A stretch of 60,319 nt of DNA, the filler included. It is 4 parts of 4 records of this genome, joined end to end, with 100 filler letters (N's around TTAATTAATTAA, not from the genome) between each part and the next. Parts side by side here need not be neighbours in the genome. Positions count along the whole stretch, not along the records: positions 50,303 to 60,319 come from DRR378314_2648; 3 more parts are not named here. One strand, 5' to 3'. Shown here in pieces: positions 50,303 through 60,319 of this stretch. Under the pieces are notes generated by a model. It had not been told where the DNA came from, made no database searches, and worked only from the letters and a program-made list of their open reading frames with translations. The stretch's first letter is position 1. Each line of letters begins with the position of its first letter. A program made the position numbers and the translations under genes.

Positions 50303-51770
50303 GGGCAAGAAATACGGCACCTCGATGCTGTTTATCTCGCACAACCTCGGGCTGGTGCTGGAAACCTGTGACCGGTTGTGCGTGATGTATTCTGGTGAAG
50401 CCGTTGAGCGTGGTTCGATCAACGATGTGTTCGACGAGATGCGGCACCCCTATACGCAAGCGCTGTTCCGTTCGATCCCGCTGCCGGGGACTGACAAGAA
50501 CGAACGCCCGCTGGTGGCCATCCCGGGGAACTTTCCCCTGCCCCATGAGCGTCCCCCGGGATGCAACTTTGGCCCGCGCTGCGAATATTTCGAAGTGGGA
50601 CGCTGTGACGCGCAAGATGTCCCTATGCAAGCCGTGCCCGGGAATGACAGGCACCAGACGCGCTGCGTAAAATTCCACGAGATCGCCTGGAACGCGCCTG
50701 TCGCTGTGGGCAAGCTGACAAGCAAGACCGAGACCGGCCGAACCATCCTGAAAGTGAGGAACCTCAAGAAATACCATGAGGTGGCTGCGAATGCGTTGTT
50801 CAATGGCAGTAAGACGAATGTGGTCAAGGCCAACGAAACCCTGAGCTTTGAGGTGCGTGAATCCGAGACCCTCGCCATCGTGGGTGAATCAGGTTGCGGC
50901 AAGTCCACCTTTGCGAAGGTTCTGATGGGCCTTGAAACGGCAACCGGCGGGCAAATCCTGCTGGATGATCGCGACATCGAACAAATGCCCATTGAAAAGC
51001 GGGATGCCAAGACCGTTGGCGAAGTTCAAATGGTGTTCCAAAACCCGTTCGATACGCTGAACCCATCGATGACGGTCGGACGTCAGATCATCCGCGCCTT
51101 GGAAATCTTTGGCGTAGGGAATTCAAAGACCGAGCGGAAGAAGCGGATGCTTGAGCTGCTGGATCTGGTGAAACTACCACGCGCTTTTGCCGACCGAATG
51201 CCGCGACAGCTGTCGGGTGGTCAGAAGCAACGTGTGGGTATTGCCCGAGCCTTTGCAGGTGACGCGCGGATCGTTGTCGCGGACGAGCCTGTTTCAGCGC
51301 TGGACGTATCCGTTCAGGCCGCCGTCACCGATCTTTTGATGGAAATTCAGCGTGAGCAGAAAACCACCCTTCTATTTATCAGTCACGACCTGTCGATCGT
51401 GCGGTATCTCAGTGACCGGGTAATGGTGATGTATCTGGGCCATGTGGTCGAGCTGGGCACGACCGATCAGGTCTTTAGCCCACCCTATCACCCCTATACT
51501 GAGGCCCTGCTAAGCGCCGTTCCGATTGCGGATACCTCAGTCGAAAAACAGCATATCGTGCTGGAAGGCGACATCCCTTCGGCTATGAATCCACCACCGG
51601 GCTGCCCGTTCCAAACGCGCTGCCGCTGGAAACCCAAGGTGCCAGACGGGCGATGTGAATCCCATATGCCTCAGGTACAGACGCTTGCGGATGGGCATCA
51701 TGTGAAGTGTCATCTTGCAGAAGACATTCTGGCCAAAATGGAACCTGTTATCAAAATCGCGGCCGAGTAA
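50303..51770 (+). CDS. Peptide/nickel ABC transporter fused dual ATP-binding protein, 5'-truncated by contig edge
   Basis: End of first ATPase domain (FISHNLG, HPYT), then Walker A GESGCGKS, LSGGQKQR, VADEP and a second HPYT/GCPF. Confidence 0.9.
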
Positions 51771-51788
51771 GGCGCGCTGTACGAACGA

Positions 51789-51815
51789 AAAGAGCCGGTC
51801 CAAGACCGGCCCTTT
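51789..51815. terminator. Rho-independent terminator
   Basis: AAAGAGCCGGTC-CAA-GACCGGCCCTTT between convergent genes. Confidence 0.6.
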
Positions 51816-51881
51816 CAGTTTGCGCCATAGATTTCTGGGGAGACAGGCGGCGCAAACTGTGAGTGAGTGGCAGTCTATTTT

Positions 51882-52868
51882 TCAGCCCGTCATCACATTG
51901 TTGCCGAAATGCATGAACTCTTGGTTCATACCCGCAACATCTCCGGCTTCCAGCTTTAGGCTCGCACTATCGAGCATCTTGTAACTCTGCTGACCTTTGA
52001 CCCAATCGTCTGCGGCCTGCAGGGTCGTCAAAGTGTATGACGTAACTTCATTGAGGTAGTGGGTCGGAATGATGATCTTTGGCTTGAGCTTAGCGACAAT
52101 ATCATTGCCCTGATCAAAGCTAAGGATGTGCTCCGAACCGTCGACCGGAAGGGTCAGCACATCCACCTGCCCAATCGCGTCCCAGAATTCCTGAGGTGGA
52201 TTGTGGCGGTTGTCACCCCATATCAAGGTGCGAATGCCGCCGGTTTCAACGAGGTAGACGACCATATCCATATGCCCAACATTGTTGGGTGGGCAGGCTT
52301 CAACCCCGAATTCGGCCAGCGCATTCGTCCAGTCGTACCATCCTGGCGCGACGCAGGCATGCTTGTCAGCAAACCCCGTGATTTTGAGGTCAGCAAACTC
52401 AAAATTACCCGCCATCCTATCCAGAACCATCGTCGAGCTTGGCCGCTCGATTGCATCATGATCAAAATGTGCGTGAGTAGACATGGTGATATCGACCGGG
52501 ATCTGTGGGAATTCGTTGCGGAACCACAAACCCCAAGCACCTGACGGGTCATCACGCCAGGGGTCGAATAATACAGTCGCACCGTTGGGAGAGGTGATCT
52601 TGATGGCGCAGTGACCATAATAATCAATCCCAACTGTTCCCGTGCTGGCCTGTCCAGTCGAGCCTTGCAGATCAACTACGTGATTATTGTTGCCCGGCTG
52701 CAGCCAAGCCTGCGATTGCGCTTCGGCTGGTTTGCTGCCCAGCAACGAAGCCCCTGCCCCTACACCAGCGGCGCCGGCGGCCATAAAGAATGATCGGCGC
52801 GAAAGACCGCATGCAAGTGGGTCACGCGCTCCGTTCAATATTGTCGGCTTCAGATCTTTGCGATCCAT
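51882..52868 (-). CDS. Tat-exported metallo-beta-lactamase-fold hydrolase
   Basis: SRRSFF Tat motif; THAHFDH, WGD and IIPTHY motifs. Confidence 0.8.
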   Translation of the reverse strand: MDRKDLKPTILNGARDPLACGLSRRSFFMAAGAAGVGAGASLLGSKPAEAQSQAWLQPGNNNHVVDLQGSTGQASTGTVGIDYYGHCAIKITSPNGATVLFDPWRDDPSGAWGLWFRNEFPQIPVDITMSTHAHFDHDAIERPSSTMVLDRMAGNFEFADLKITGFADKHACVAPGWYDWTNALAEFGVEACPPNNVGHMDMVVYLVETGGIRTLIWGDNRHNPPQEFWDAIGQVDVLTLPVDGSEHILSFDQGNDIVAKLKPKIIIPTHYLNEVTSYTLTTLQAADDWVKGQQSYKMLDSASLKLEAGDVAGMNQEFMHFGNNVMTG

Positions 52869-52996
52869 TTTTATCCTCCCGATTGGACCGGCGCGGGTTA
52901 ATCCGCACCTCTCTGATCAGCTTAGCAAGGCAAGTAACGTCGGCTCAGATCAGAAAAATCAGGGGTTAATATGGGGGCAATCCCCATATTCAAAGT

Positions 52997-53959
52997 TCAA
53001 GAAATCGACAAAAGATGACTGCGCAAGTTCTGGTCACGGCCTTCAAGACCAAGTTTCCGCCGGATATTGTTGCGATGAAAATCAATCGTCGACGTCTCGC
53101 GCGACATCGCCCGTGCGATATCCTTGGTGGTTTTGCCAGACATGACCAGCTGCGCAATTTCGATTTCCGTCGGCGTCATGATCGAAAACGCATCCGAGAG
53201 TTTATCGGAAATCATCGAGGTAATATCTTGCAGATTGCGCTCGGCCAGTTCCAGATAAACCTGCGAGGCGTCGCCTTCGGTCAGTTGGCCGCGCAGCTTA
53301 TCCAGATAAGGCAGGACCATCGTACGAACTTGTTCAACAATATCCTGATCGCGATCCTTTCGGTCATCGTCCAGACTGGTTAGCAACACCCGCAACGCTG
53401 TATTGGTTTCTCGTAGCTCCCGCGTCCTAGCTTCCACACGCTGCTCCAATTGCGCAAGCGTTTCATTCAACTTCTCTTCCAGCGCGCGACGCAGATAAAC
53501 CTCTTGAATCAAAGCCAAATCCGCCTCGACCATGCGCGCAAACTGCGCCAGCCCTTCGCGAAACAACAATGCGCGGCGATTGCGGTGGTGATCCAGAACA
53601 CAGATTGTTCCGAATATTGAACCGTCCGGCCATTTCAATGGATACCCAATATAAAAGGACATGCCGTGTTCCATGTCTTCATTGTCATCCCAGGCTGGAT
53701 CGCACGTCGCATCCTCGACCACGAATTCACCATCCCGTTCAAGAACACCCTGACAATAAAGCTTGGGATTCAGGCGAAAATTCATACCGACTGGGTATGG
53801 GTTTTCCGGATGATCCGAAGTGATCAGAACCGCGTGATCAGGCGCCTCGGTTTTCATGATCAATGTGGCAGGCACGTCGGCAAGCTGCGAAACAAGGTCA
53901 ACCAGCCGCTGCCAGTTGGCCATTGTGTCAGGTGGAATATCCGGTCGATCCTGGATCAT
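52997..53959 (-). CDS. GAF-domain LuxR-family transcriptional regulator
   Basis: GAF motif FYIGYPLKWPDGSIFGTICVLD, coiled coil, C-terminal HTH TPTEIEIAQLVMSGKTTKDIA...TIDFHRNNIRRKLG. Confidence 0.85.
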   Translation of the reverse strand: MIQDRPDIPPDTMANWQRLVDLVSQLADVPATLIMKTEAPDHAVLITSDHPENPYPVGMNFRLNPKLYCQGVLERDGEFVVEDATCDPAWDDNEDMEHGMSFYIGYPLKWPDGSIFGTICVLDHHRNRRALLFREGLAQFARMVEADLALIQEVYLRRALEEKLNETLAQLEQRVEARTRELRETNTALRVLLTSLDDDRKDRDQDIVEQVRTMVLPYLDKLRGQLTEGDASQVYLELAERNLQDITSMISDKLSDAFSIMTPTEIEIAQLVMSGKTTKDIARAMSRETSTIDFHRNNIRRKLGLEGRDQNLRSHLLSIS

Positions 53960-54046
53960 CTCAAAACGTACCAAGTCTGGGAACTTCTGTCCCAGATTAA
54001 GTCGTTGCCAACCGCTTGATCAAGAATCAGGCACGCTGCAATGCAG

Positions 54047-54625
54047 CTAGCCGCCCCAGATCACTTTCACATAGTTCTGGGTTTCTTTGTAAGGCGGGAT
54101 GCCGCCATATTTTTCAACCGCTTTCGGACCTGCATTATACGCCGCCAAAGCAAGGCGCCAGGATTTGAACTTACGATACTGCCAAGACAGATAACGCGCG
54201 CCCCCTTCCAGATTCTGCAGGGGATCATGTGGATTAACTCCCAACAAACTGGCCGTCTGAGGCATCAACTGCGCCAGTCCCAATGCGCCTTTGTGCGACT
54301 CGGCACGCGGGTTCCAGCCGCTTTCCTGCTGAACAAGGCGCAAGAACAGCTCTTCTGGCACATTGTGTTTGCGCGCGGCGTTTCGGGCGTGATTCAGATA
54401 TTGCCCCCTGTAGCTGCCGGTATAGCGCTTGACGAATTTCCCGTCCTCGGTCTTGGGTCTTAGTCGATCTGAATCGCGATACTGACTCGCAGCGCGACCA
54501 TCCAAAACTTTGGATTGCTTAAGAAATAACGCTTTGCGGTTTTTGCTGGAAAGCGTTTCTGCCTGCGTCGCAAAGGACACAAGGCAAAGACCCAATATCG
54601 AAATACCGCTAACCAGAAAACGCAT
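54047..54625 (-). CDS. Soluble lytic transglycosylase domain protein
   Basis: [34 protein letters not shown]. Confidence 0.9.
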   Translation of the reverse strand: MRFLVSGISILGLCLVSFATQAETLSSKNRKALFLKQSKVLDGRAASQYRDSDRLRPKTEDGKFVKRYTGSYRGQYLNHARNAARKHNVPEELFLRLVQQESGWNPRAESHKGALGLAQLMPQTASLLGVNPHDPLQNLEGGARYLSWQYRKFKSWRLALAAYNAGPKAVEKYGGIPPYKETQNYVKVIWGG

Positions 54626-54832
54626 TAAAGCCAATCCTGCACCCTCAACAACCAGACAGATTATAGTTGAAACCGCCATAAATGAAAGCTTGGTTAAAGC
54701 TATCCTAAATTTTCCCCGATCACAGTTGCACCATCAATGATGTTTTAACCAAGTCGCAGCCCGTATAGGGTCGGCAACAGAACACAGCGCCAGATTCGGG
54801 CGCCATCCAGTCAGAGTAGAACGAGGGAATAT

Positions 54833-55327
54833 ATGGCGGGTTCAGTCAACAAGGTCATTCTGATCGGCAATCTCGGTGCCGACCCAGAGGTGCGGTCGTT
54901 CCAGAACGGTGGAAAGGTATGTAACTTGCGCATCGCGACCTCCGAAACTTGGAAAGACCGTAACACCGGAGAACGTCGGGATCGAACCCAATGGCACACG
55001 GTCGCCATCTTTTCGGAACCACTGGTCCGGGTGGCTGAGCAATATCTGCGCAAGGGCAGCAAAGTCTATATCGAAGGCCAGCTTGAAACACGCAAGTGGC
55101 AGGATCAGTCGGGACAGGACAGATATTCGACCGAGGTGGTCTTGCGGCCCTATCGCAGCGAACTGACGATGCTTGACGCCCGCGGCGAAGGCGGCGGCGG
55201 AGGTGGTGGTGGTTATGGCGGCGGTGGCGGTCAGGCCGGTGGCGGCTATGACGATCCATATGCAGGATCATCCAGCGCACCTGCACCGGCTTCGGGCGGA
55301 ATCGACGACGACGAGATTCCGTTCTAA
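54833..55327 (+). CDS. ssb: Single-stranded DNA-binding protein
   Basis: [19 protein letters not shown], Gly-rich linker, C-terminal DDEIPF. Confidence 0.97.
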   Translation: MAGSVNKVILIGNLGADPEVRSFQNGGKVCNLRIATSETWKDRNTGERRDRTQWHTVAIFSEPLVRVAEQYLRKGSKVYIEGQLETRKWQDQSGQDRYSTEVVLRPYRSELTMLDARGEGGGGGGGGYGGGGGQAGGGYDDPYAGSSSAPAPASGGIDDDEIPF

Positions 55328-55345
55328 ACCAAGCGGAGATTCAAC

Positions 55346-56416
55346 ATGGCATGGTCCTTCTCACTTGGCCGATTGCTCGGCTCGGAGCTGAGGGTCCATG
55401 TCACCTTTTTCCTGTTACTTGCCTGGGTTGGCTTTGCGGCCTATTCCAACGGCGGCTTGCCTGCTGCGATCGACAATATTCTGTTCGTACTGGCCCTGTT
55501 TGCTTGTGTTGTGGCACATGAATTCGGCCACGCGCTGATGGCGCGGCGATTTGGTATCCGTACCCCTGACATCACCCTGTTGCCAATTGGTGGGCTGGCG
55601 CGCCTGGAACGGATGCCTGAAAAACCGATGCAAGAGGTTTGGGTCGCTCTGGCCGGTCCCGCCGTGAACATTGCGATCTGGGCGGCCCTTGTTGTCCTTG
55701 GGGCCGGGATACAGCTTGGATCTCTGGCCCAAATCGATTCTGCCGGGACAGGTCTGCTTAACCGTCTGGCCTATGTGAACCTGCTGCTGGCGGCCTTCAA
55801 TATGATCCCAGCTTTTCCGATGGACGGTGGTCGCGTCTTCCGCGCCTTGCTGTGTATGAAAATGGAGCGCGCCCAGGCCACCCGAATTGCAGCCACCGCT
55901 GGTCAGGTTGTTGCCGTCGGGCTGGGCTTTCTTGGGCTAACCTCGGGCAATCCGGTACTGGTACTGATCGCCGTCTTTGTCTTCATCGCCGCAAATGCGG
56001 AAAACCAGGACGTCGCCCTGCGATCAGTTACGCGTCGTGTCAAAGCGCGGGATGCGATGATCACCGAGTTCAGGGCCCTTTCACCGGACGATACGCTTGC
56101 AACGGCGGCTCAGGCCGTCATCCACACGACGCAGCATGAATTTCCGGTATTGGCACAAGATGGCGGACTGGTTGGTTTTGTCACCCGTGATCGCCTGTTT
56201 GCGGCCTTAGCCAGCGACCAACCCCGATCCGAATCTGCCGCTTCAGTCATGGACACAAACATACCAAAAGTCGGGCCAACCAGCGGATTGGATCAAGTCT
56301 TGAATGGGTTGCACAAAGGTGCCCCAGCGATTGCCGTGTGCACCAGGTCGGGGCACATGGTCGGCTATATTACGCGCGAAAACATCGGTGAACTGATGGT
56401 TATTCAGGGGCGTTGA
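55346..56416 (+). CDS. Site-2 protease (M50) with CBS domains
   Basis: HEFGH, AGP and FNMIPAFPMDGGR motifs plus a C-terminal CBS pair. Confidence 0.9.
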   Translation: MAWSFSLGRLLGSELRVHVTFFLLLAWVGFAAYSNGGLPAAIDNILFVLALFACVVAHEFGHALMARRFGIRTPDITLLPIGGLARLERMPEKPMQEVWVALAGPAVNIAIWAALVVLGAGIQLGSLAQIDSAGTGLLNRLAYVNLLLAAFNMIPAFPMDGGRVFRALLCMKMERAQATRIAATAGQVVAVGLGFLGLTSGNPVLVLIAVFVFIAANAENQDVALRSVTRRVKARDAMITEFRALSPDDTLATAAQAVIHTTQHEFPVLAQDGGLVGFVTRDRLFAALASDQPRSESAASVMDTNIPKVGPTSGLDQVLNGLHKGAPAIAVCTRSGHMVGYITRENIGELMVIQGR

Positions 56417-56425
56417 GTCACGGTC

Positions 56426-57538
56426 TCAGCTCAAAGCAAGTGCGTCTTCAAGTACTGATACCACCGCGTCACGCGGCACATCCGATGTGACAAAAGCCTG
56501 CCCAATCCCGCGCGCCAGAATGAAACGCAGTTGGCCGTCTACTACCTTTTTATCCTGCGCCATCAGGCCAACCAGCGTTTCGGCATCCGGCAATTGTCCG
56601 GGGATATCGGCAAGCTCGGTCTTCATTCCCATCGCGCGCAGATGTGCCCTGACCCGGCTGGGGTCTTCTTGTGAACACAACCCAAGCCGAGAAGACATTT
56701 CAAACGCGAGCGCACAGCCTATGGCGACGCCCTCGCCGTGCAGCAATCGATCAGAGTATCCTGTCGCAGCCTCAAGTGCGTGGCAGAAGGTATGGCCGAG
56801 ATTTAGCAACGCACGGTCGCCCTGCTCGGTCTCGTCGCGTGCAACGATATCGGCTTTCATCTGAACCGATCGCGTAACGGCCTGCACGCGCGCCGCCATA
56901 TCACCCGACGCCAACGCGGGGCCGTTGACCTCAAGCCATTCAAAGAAGTTGGCATCACCCAACAGACCGTATTTGACCACTTCACCGTATCCAGCCAGGA
57001 AATCCCGCGCCTCAAGCGTGCCCAAGACTTCCGTATCAGCCAACACCAGCGACGGCTGGTGAAACGCGCCAATCAGGTTCTTGCCCTGCGGCGCATTAAT
57101 CCCGGTTTTGCCACCGACCGAGCTGTCGACCTGTGCCAACAGCGAGGTCGGTATCTGCACAAAACGCACCCCGCGCCGCATCACAGCAGCAGCGAAGCCA
57201 GCCAAATCGCCGATTACGCCGCCACCCAGCGCGACCACGATGTCATTCCGTTCGACCTTTTCAGCCAGCAACCATTCCACGGCACGTTCAAAATGGGGCC
57301 AGCTCTTGGTTGCCTCACCTGCTGGCAACGCCAAGGCATTCATCTCGATGCCAGATGCGGCAAGACCGTCGCGTAGGCCATTCAGATGCAAGCCCGCAAC
57401 CGTTTCATCGGTTAGAACGGCAACCCGGGGGCGCTTCAGAAACGGGGCGATCCGTGCGCCTGCTTCGGCCAAAAGACCGGGGCCGATTTCGACATCATAA
57501 GAACGATCAGCCAGGTCTACATGTACGGTTTGATGCAT
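56426..57538 (-). CDS. aroB: 3-dehydroquinate synthase
   Basis: ALGGGVIGDLAGF, PTSLLAQVDSSVGGKTGIN, LLNLGHTFCHALE, HGEGV. Confidence 0.97.
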   Translation of the reverse strand: MHQTVHVDLADRSYDVEIGPGLLAEAGARIAPFLKRPRVAVLTDETVAGLHLNGLRDGLAASGIEMNALALPAGEATKSWPHFERAVEWLLAEKVERNDIVVALGGGVIGDLAGFAAAVMRRGVRFVQIPTSLLAQVDSSVGGKTGINAPQGKNLIGAFHQPSLVLADTEVLGTLEARDFLAGYGEVVKYGLLGDANFFEWLEVNGPALASGDMAARVQAVTRSVQMKADIVARDETEQGDRALLNLGHTFCHALEAATGYSDRLLHGEGVAIGCALAFEMSSRLGLCSQEDPSRVRAHLRAMGMKTELADIPGQLPDAETLVGLMAQDKKVVDGQLRFILARGIGQAFVTSDVPRDAVVSVLEDALALS

Positions 57539-58125
57539 TACATTCGTTCCAAAATATCCGGGCGGGTCACCAGTGCGGCGATAACCCGATCGACCATGTC
57601 TTCGATTGCGGTTTCACCATCTGAGTCTGCAACCAGATCGGCCTGCCCATAGACCGGCACCCGTGCCTCATACAAACCGCTGAGCGTCGCATAAGGATCC
57701 GCCGTGCGCAGCAGCGGGCGCGTGTCTTTATGTTTGACGCGGTTCCACAACACACTCAGATCAGCCCGCAACCAGACCGATGCGCCCCGATCCGAGATCA
57801 TTCGACGATTACCCTCCGACAGAAACGCGCCACCCCCCGTTGACAGGATGCCTTTTTCTTCGTCCAAAAGCCGCCCGATGACCTGACTTTCCTTGCTGCG
57901 AAAGAACTTCTCTCCGTCACGGGCAAAAATCTCTGGGATGGTCATATTGGCTGCCGATTCGATCTCGGCATCGCTGTCGAGAAACGGAACGCCAAGGCGC
58001 GCCGCAAGCGCGCGGCCCACCGCGGTCTTGCCAGCCCCCATCATTCCGACCAATACGACGGTTTTGTGCAGTTGAAACCGCTCTGACTGATCTGAATGCG
58101 CCGTGTTATGCTTAATTTCGCTCAT
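57538..58125 (-). CDS. aroK: Shikimate kinase
   Basis: GMMGAGKT, FLDSD, GEKFFR, STGGG and RPLL motifs; upstream of aroB. Confidence 0.95.
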   Translation of the reverse strand: MSEIKHNTAHSDQSERFQLHKTVVLVGMMGAGKTAVGRALAARLGVPFLDSDAEIESAANMTIPEIFARDGEKFFRSKESQVIGRLLDEEKGILSTGGGAFLSEGNRRMISDRGASVWLRADLSVLWNRVKHKDTRPLLRTADPYATLSGLYEARVPVYGQADLVADSDGETAIEDMVDRVIAALVTRPDILERM

Positions 58126-58204
58126 TTCGTCGTGAATGACGTGATCTTAAGAAAAATGCTAGTTATAACTTGGCCAAAAGCAAAAATTGAGGCAGCGTTC
58201 ACCC

Positions 58205-58354
58205 ATGGGCCGTTTGATCAAGTTCCTGATATACCTCATCTGCCTGAGTTTCATCGGGCTGGTCGGGTATGCATATATCGGGCCGTATTTCGGCGCGGAT
58301 TTCTCCGCCCCGCAAAATGAAGTCCGTGAACCGGTCATCCTGAATGCCGACTAG
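58205..58354 (+). CDS. 49-aa small membrane protein (absent from the ORF track)
   Basis: MGRLIKFLIYLICLSFIGLVGYAYIGPYFGADFSAPQNEVREPVILNAD*, a single TM helix; its end overlaps the next gene's start. Confidence 0.7.
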   Translation: MGRLIKFLIYLICLSFIGLVGYAYIGPYFGADFSAPQNEVREPVILNAD

Positions 58355-59870
58355 AAGCACTTTGCTGGCGCTTCTTCTGGCCGGAACCGCGCAGGCACAA
58401 ACACAGGAACCTCTGTCAGTCATCGACTGGCTGACCGACCCGCCCGAGAATCTGCCGGGTACGGTGTTGATGGAACCTCCGGTGACCCAAACAGGAATAC
58501 AGCCGGACGTGCAGGTCACCCCGTTAGAAGCGCTGTCGCCTCCGCTGGGGTTGGTGGCGTCCTCGGTCACAGGTCTACCTGTGGACTTATGGCAAAGGAG
58601 CGATGCTGATCGGTTGGCTGATCTGATCATGCAGGTGCGGGTCAAATCCAATCCCGCGATGCAGCGGCTGTTGTTTACCCTGCTTCTGTCCGAAGCACGC
58701 CCCCCTGCCGGAGGGCGGGCCGAGGACACATTGCTGATGGCGCGTCTGGATCGTCTGATGCAGTTGGGCGCCTCTGATCCGGTTCAGTCATTGGTTCAAC
58801 TGGCCGGTCCGACCGATACACAAGAGCGTTTCAAACGCTGGTTCGATGCCACATTGCTGACGGGTGACGAAGATCGAAGCTGCACCGCTTTGATCGCGCA
58901 ACCGAATTTGTCGCGGAACTACGCTGCACAGATTTTCTGCAAGGCACGCCGCGGGGATTGGGCTTCGGCAGCTCTGACACTTGAAGCGGTACACGCGCTG
59001 CAGATATTGCCCGAAGATCAGCTTGCCCTGCTTGATCGCTTTCTTAGTCCCGAGCTATTTGAAGGGGCAGAATACCTTCCCCAACCCGATGATCCCGACC
59101 CTCTGACCTTTCGTCTGTTCGAGGCGATTGGAGAACGCTTTCCGACCTCATCCTTGCCACGAGCCTTTGCAAACGCCGATCTGAGGGATGTGGCAGGGTG
59201 GAAAGCACAGGTCGAAGCCGCCGAACGGTTGACGCGCATCGGCGCGCTGACGCCCAATCAACTACTGGGTCTGTATACCGAACGCTCTCCTGCTGCATCT
59301 GGTGCAGTATGGGACCGCGTCGCGGCCATACAAAAGTTCGAAACAGCACTGGGATCCGGAGACCCAGAGGCAGTTTCCAAGACTTTGACGGCTGCTTGGG
59401 CACAGATGAAGACGGTTGGTCTGGAAGTGCCCTTTGCCGAATTGTTCGCCCCCCGTCTGGCAACAATGACATTGCCCAGCCCAGCGGCCGAAAACCTCCG
59501 CTGGCGCATTCTGCTTTTGTCTGAGCTTTATGAAGACGCGGCGCGCACAACGCCCGACGGATCAGAAGCCAACATGTTTCTCGCGGCTCTGGCGCAAGGC
59601 GATCCACAGCGCGCGCCCTCACCTAACCCACTGGCCGATGCGATATCTCAGGGCTTTGCCTGGTCTGCCCCCATCCCTTCTGACATAGACACACTGCTGA
59701 ACAACAACCAGTTGGGCGAAGCCATTCTGGAAACGATGCAATTGTTTGCCCACGGCGCGCGCGGCAACCTTGTGGACCTGACAGCGGCGATTGCCGCGTT
59801 CCGCCGTGTCGGGCTTGAAGACACCGCGCGCCGGGCTGCGTTGCAATTGATGATCCTGAACGGGACTTAA
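58344..59870 (+). CDS. Hypothetical exported helical protein upstream of xerD
   Basis: 508-aa Ala/Leu-rich ORF with a signal peptide, between aroK and xerD. Confidence 0.75.
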   Translation: MPTRSTLLALLLAGTAQAQTQEPLSVIDWLTDPPENLPGTVLMEPPVTQTGIQPDVQVTPLEALSPPLGLVASSVTGLPVDLWQRSDADRLADLIMQVRVKSNPAMQRLLFTLLLSEARPPAGGRAEDTLLMARLDRLMQLGASDPVQSLVQLAGPTDTQERFKRWFDATLLTGDEDRSCTALIAQPNLSRNYAAQIFCKARRGDWASAALTLEAVHALQILPEDQLALLDRFLSPELFEGAEYLPQPDDPDPLTFRLFEAIGERFPTSSLPRAFANADLRDVAGWKAQVEAAERLTRIGALTPNQLLGLYTERSPAASGAVWDRVAAIQKFETALGSGDPEAVSKTLTAAWAQMKTVGLEVPFAELFAPRLATMTLPSPAAENLRWRILLLSELYEDAARTTPDGSEANMFLAALAQGDPQRAPSPNPLADAISQGFAWSAPIPSDIDTLLNNNQLGEAILETMQLFAHGARGNLVDLTAAIAAFRRVGLEDTARRAALQLMILNGT

Positions 59871-59872
59871 GC

Positions 59873-60319
59873 ATGACCGCGCCCTCAACACAGGATCTGT
59901 GGATTTCCACCTTCCTTGAAGCGCAAGCCGCCGAACTTGGAGCGGCGACAAACACCCTGCTTGCCTATGGCCGAGACCTAAAGGATTTCTCGGATTGGTT
60001 AGTGCGCCGCAAGTTTGGTTTTTCCGAAGCGGACCGTGACCAGATCGAAGGTTACCTGATTGACTGCGACGCGCAGGGCCTGTCGCGTGCGACACGGGCG
60101 CGGAGGTTGTCGGCGATCAAACAGCTTTATCGCTTTGCGTTTGAGGAAGGCTGGCGTGACAGCAACCCCGCGATCCAAATCAAAGGACCGGGGCGTCCAA
60201 AACGGTTGCCGAAAACGCTGGACGTGCCCGAAGTTGATCGCTTGCTTGTCGCAGCGCGCCGAACGGGCCGTTCCAACGCAGACAAGATACGCAACACCTG
60301 CCTGATGGAGCTGCTCTAT
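59873..60319 (+). CDS. xerD: Tyrosine recombinase XerD, 3'-truncated by window end (absent from the ORF track)
   Basis: MTAPSTQDLWISTFLEAQAAELGAATNTLLAYGRDL...ATRARRLSAIKQLYRF...NPA...RLPKTL...RNTCLMELLY. Confidence 0.88.
   Translation, partial: MTAPSTQDLWISTFLEAQAAELGAATNTLLAYGRDLKDFSDWLVRRKFGFSEADRDQIEGYLIDCDAQGLSRATRARRLSAIKQLYRFAFEEGWRDSNPAIQIKGPGRPKRLPKTLDVPEVDRLLVAARRTGRSNADKIRNTCLMELLY

Noticed and set aside
54740-54832. Alphaproteobacterial LexA box upstream of ssb
   Set aside because: No GAAC-N7-GAAC/GTTC-N7-GTTC with correct spacing was found.
55188-55250. GGC/GGT tandem repeat
   Set aside because: It is the normal Gly-rich linker of SSB.

Overview
The window is four unrelated contigs joined by artificial 100-nt N/TTAATTAATTAA linkers (15201-15300, 40413-40512, 50203-50302). 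(1) 1-15200: a GC-rich, gene-sparse and probably protist (eukaryotic) fragment with two large minus-strand genes, a multi-TM cPLA2/patatin-like lipase and a PQQ/BamB beta-propeller membrane protein with Cys-rich repeats. (2) 15301-40412: a Flavobacteriaceae-like locus for O-GalNAc glycan use, containing an AgaR-like regulator, AgaS, kinases, aldolase, SusC/SusD, CBM32 lipoproteins, a metzincin+CBM32, GH109 and an L-threonine dehydrogenase. (3) 40513-50202: a complete ~9.7-kb Flavobacteriaceae-like island integrated at tRNA-Asp, with 22-bp att repeats and a tyrosine integrase. It carries a disrupted serine resolvase followed by an integron-like array of co-oriented small genes. Ten direct copies of a 16-bp motif (AAAGTTCAAATAAACG) mark the gene junctions, and an inverted near-copy lies in the res-like region upstream of the resolvase. 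This putative serine-recombinase gene-cassette system is the most interesting element. (4) 50303-60319: an ordinary Rhodobacteraceae-like region (ABC ATPase, MBL hydrolase, GAF-LuxR, slt, ssb, site-2 protease, aroB, aroK, xerD). Taxonomic and family calls come from recognising motifs by eye; no database searches were run.
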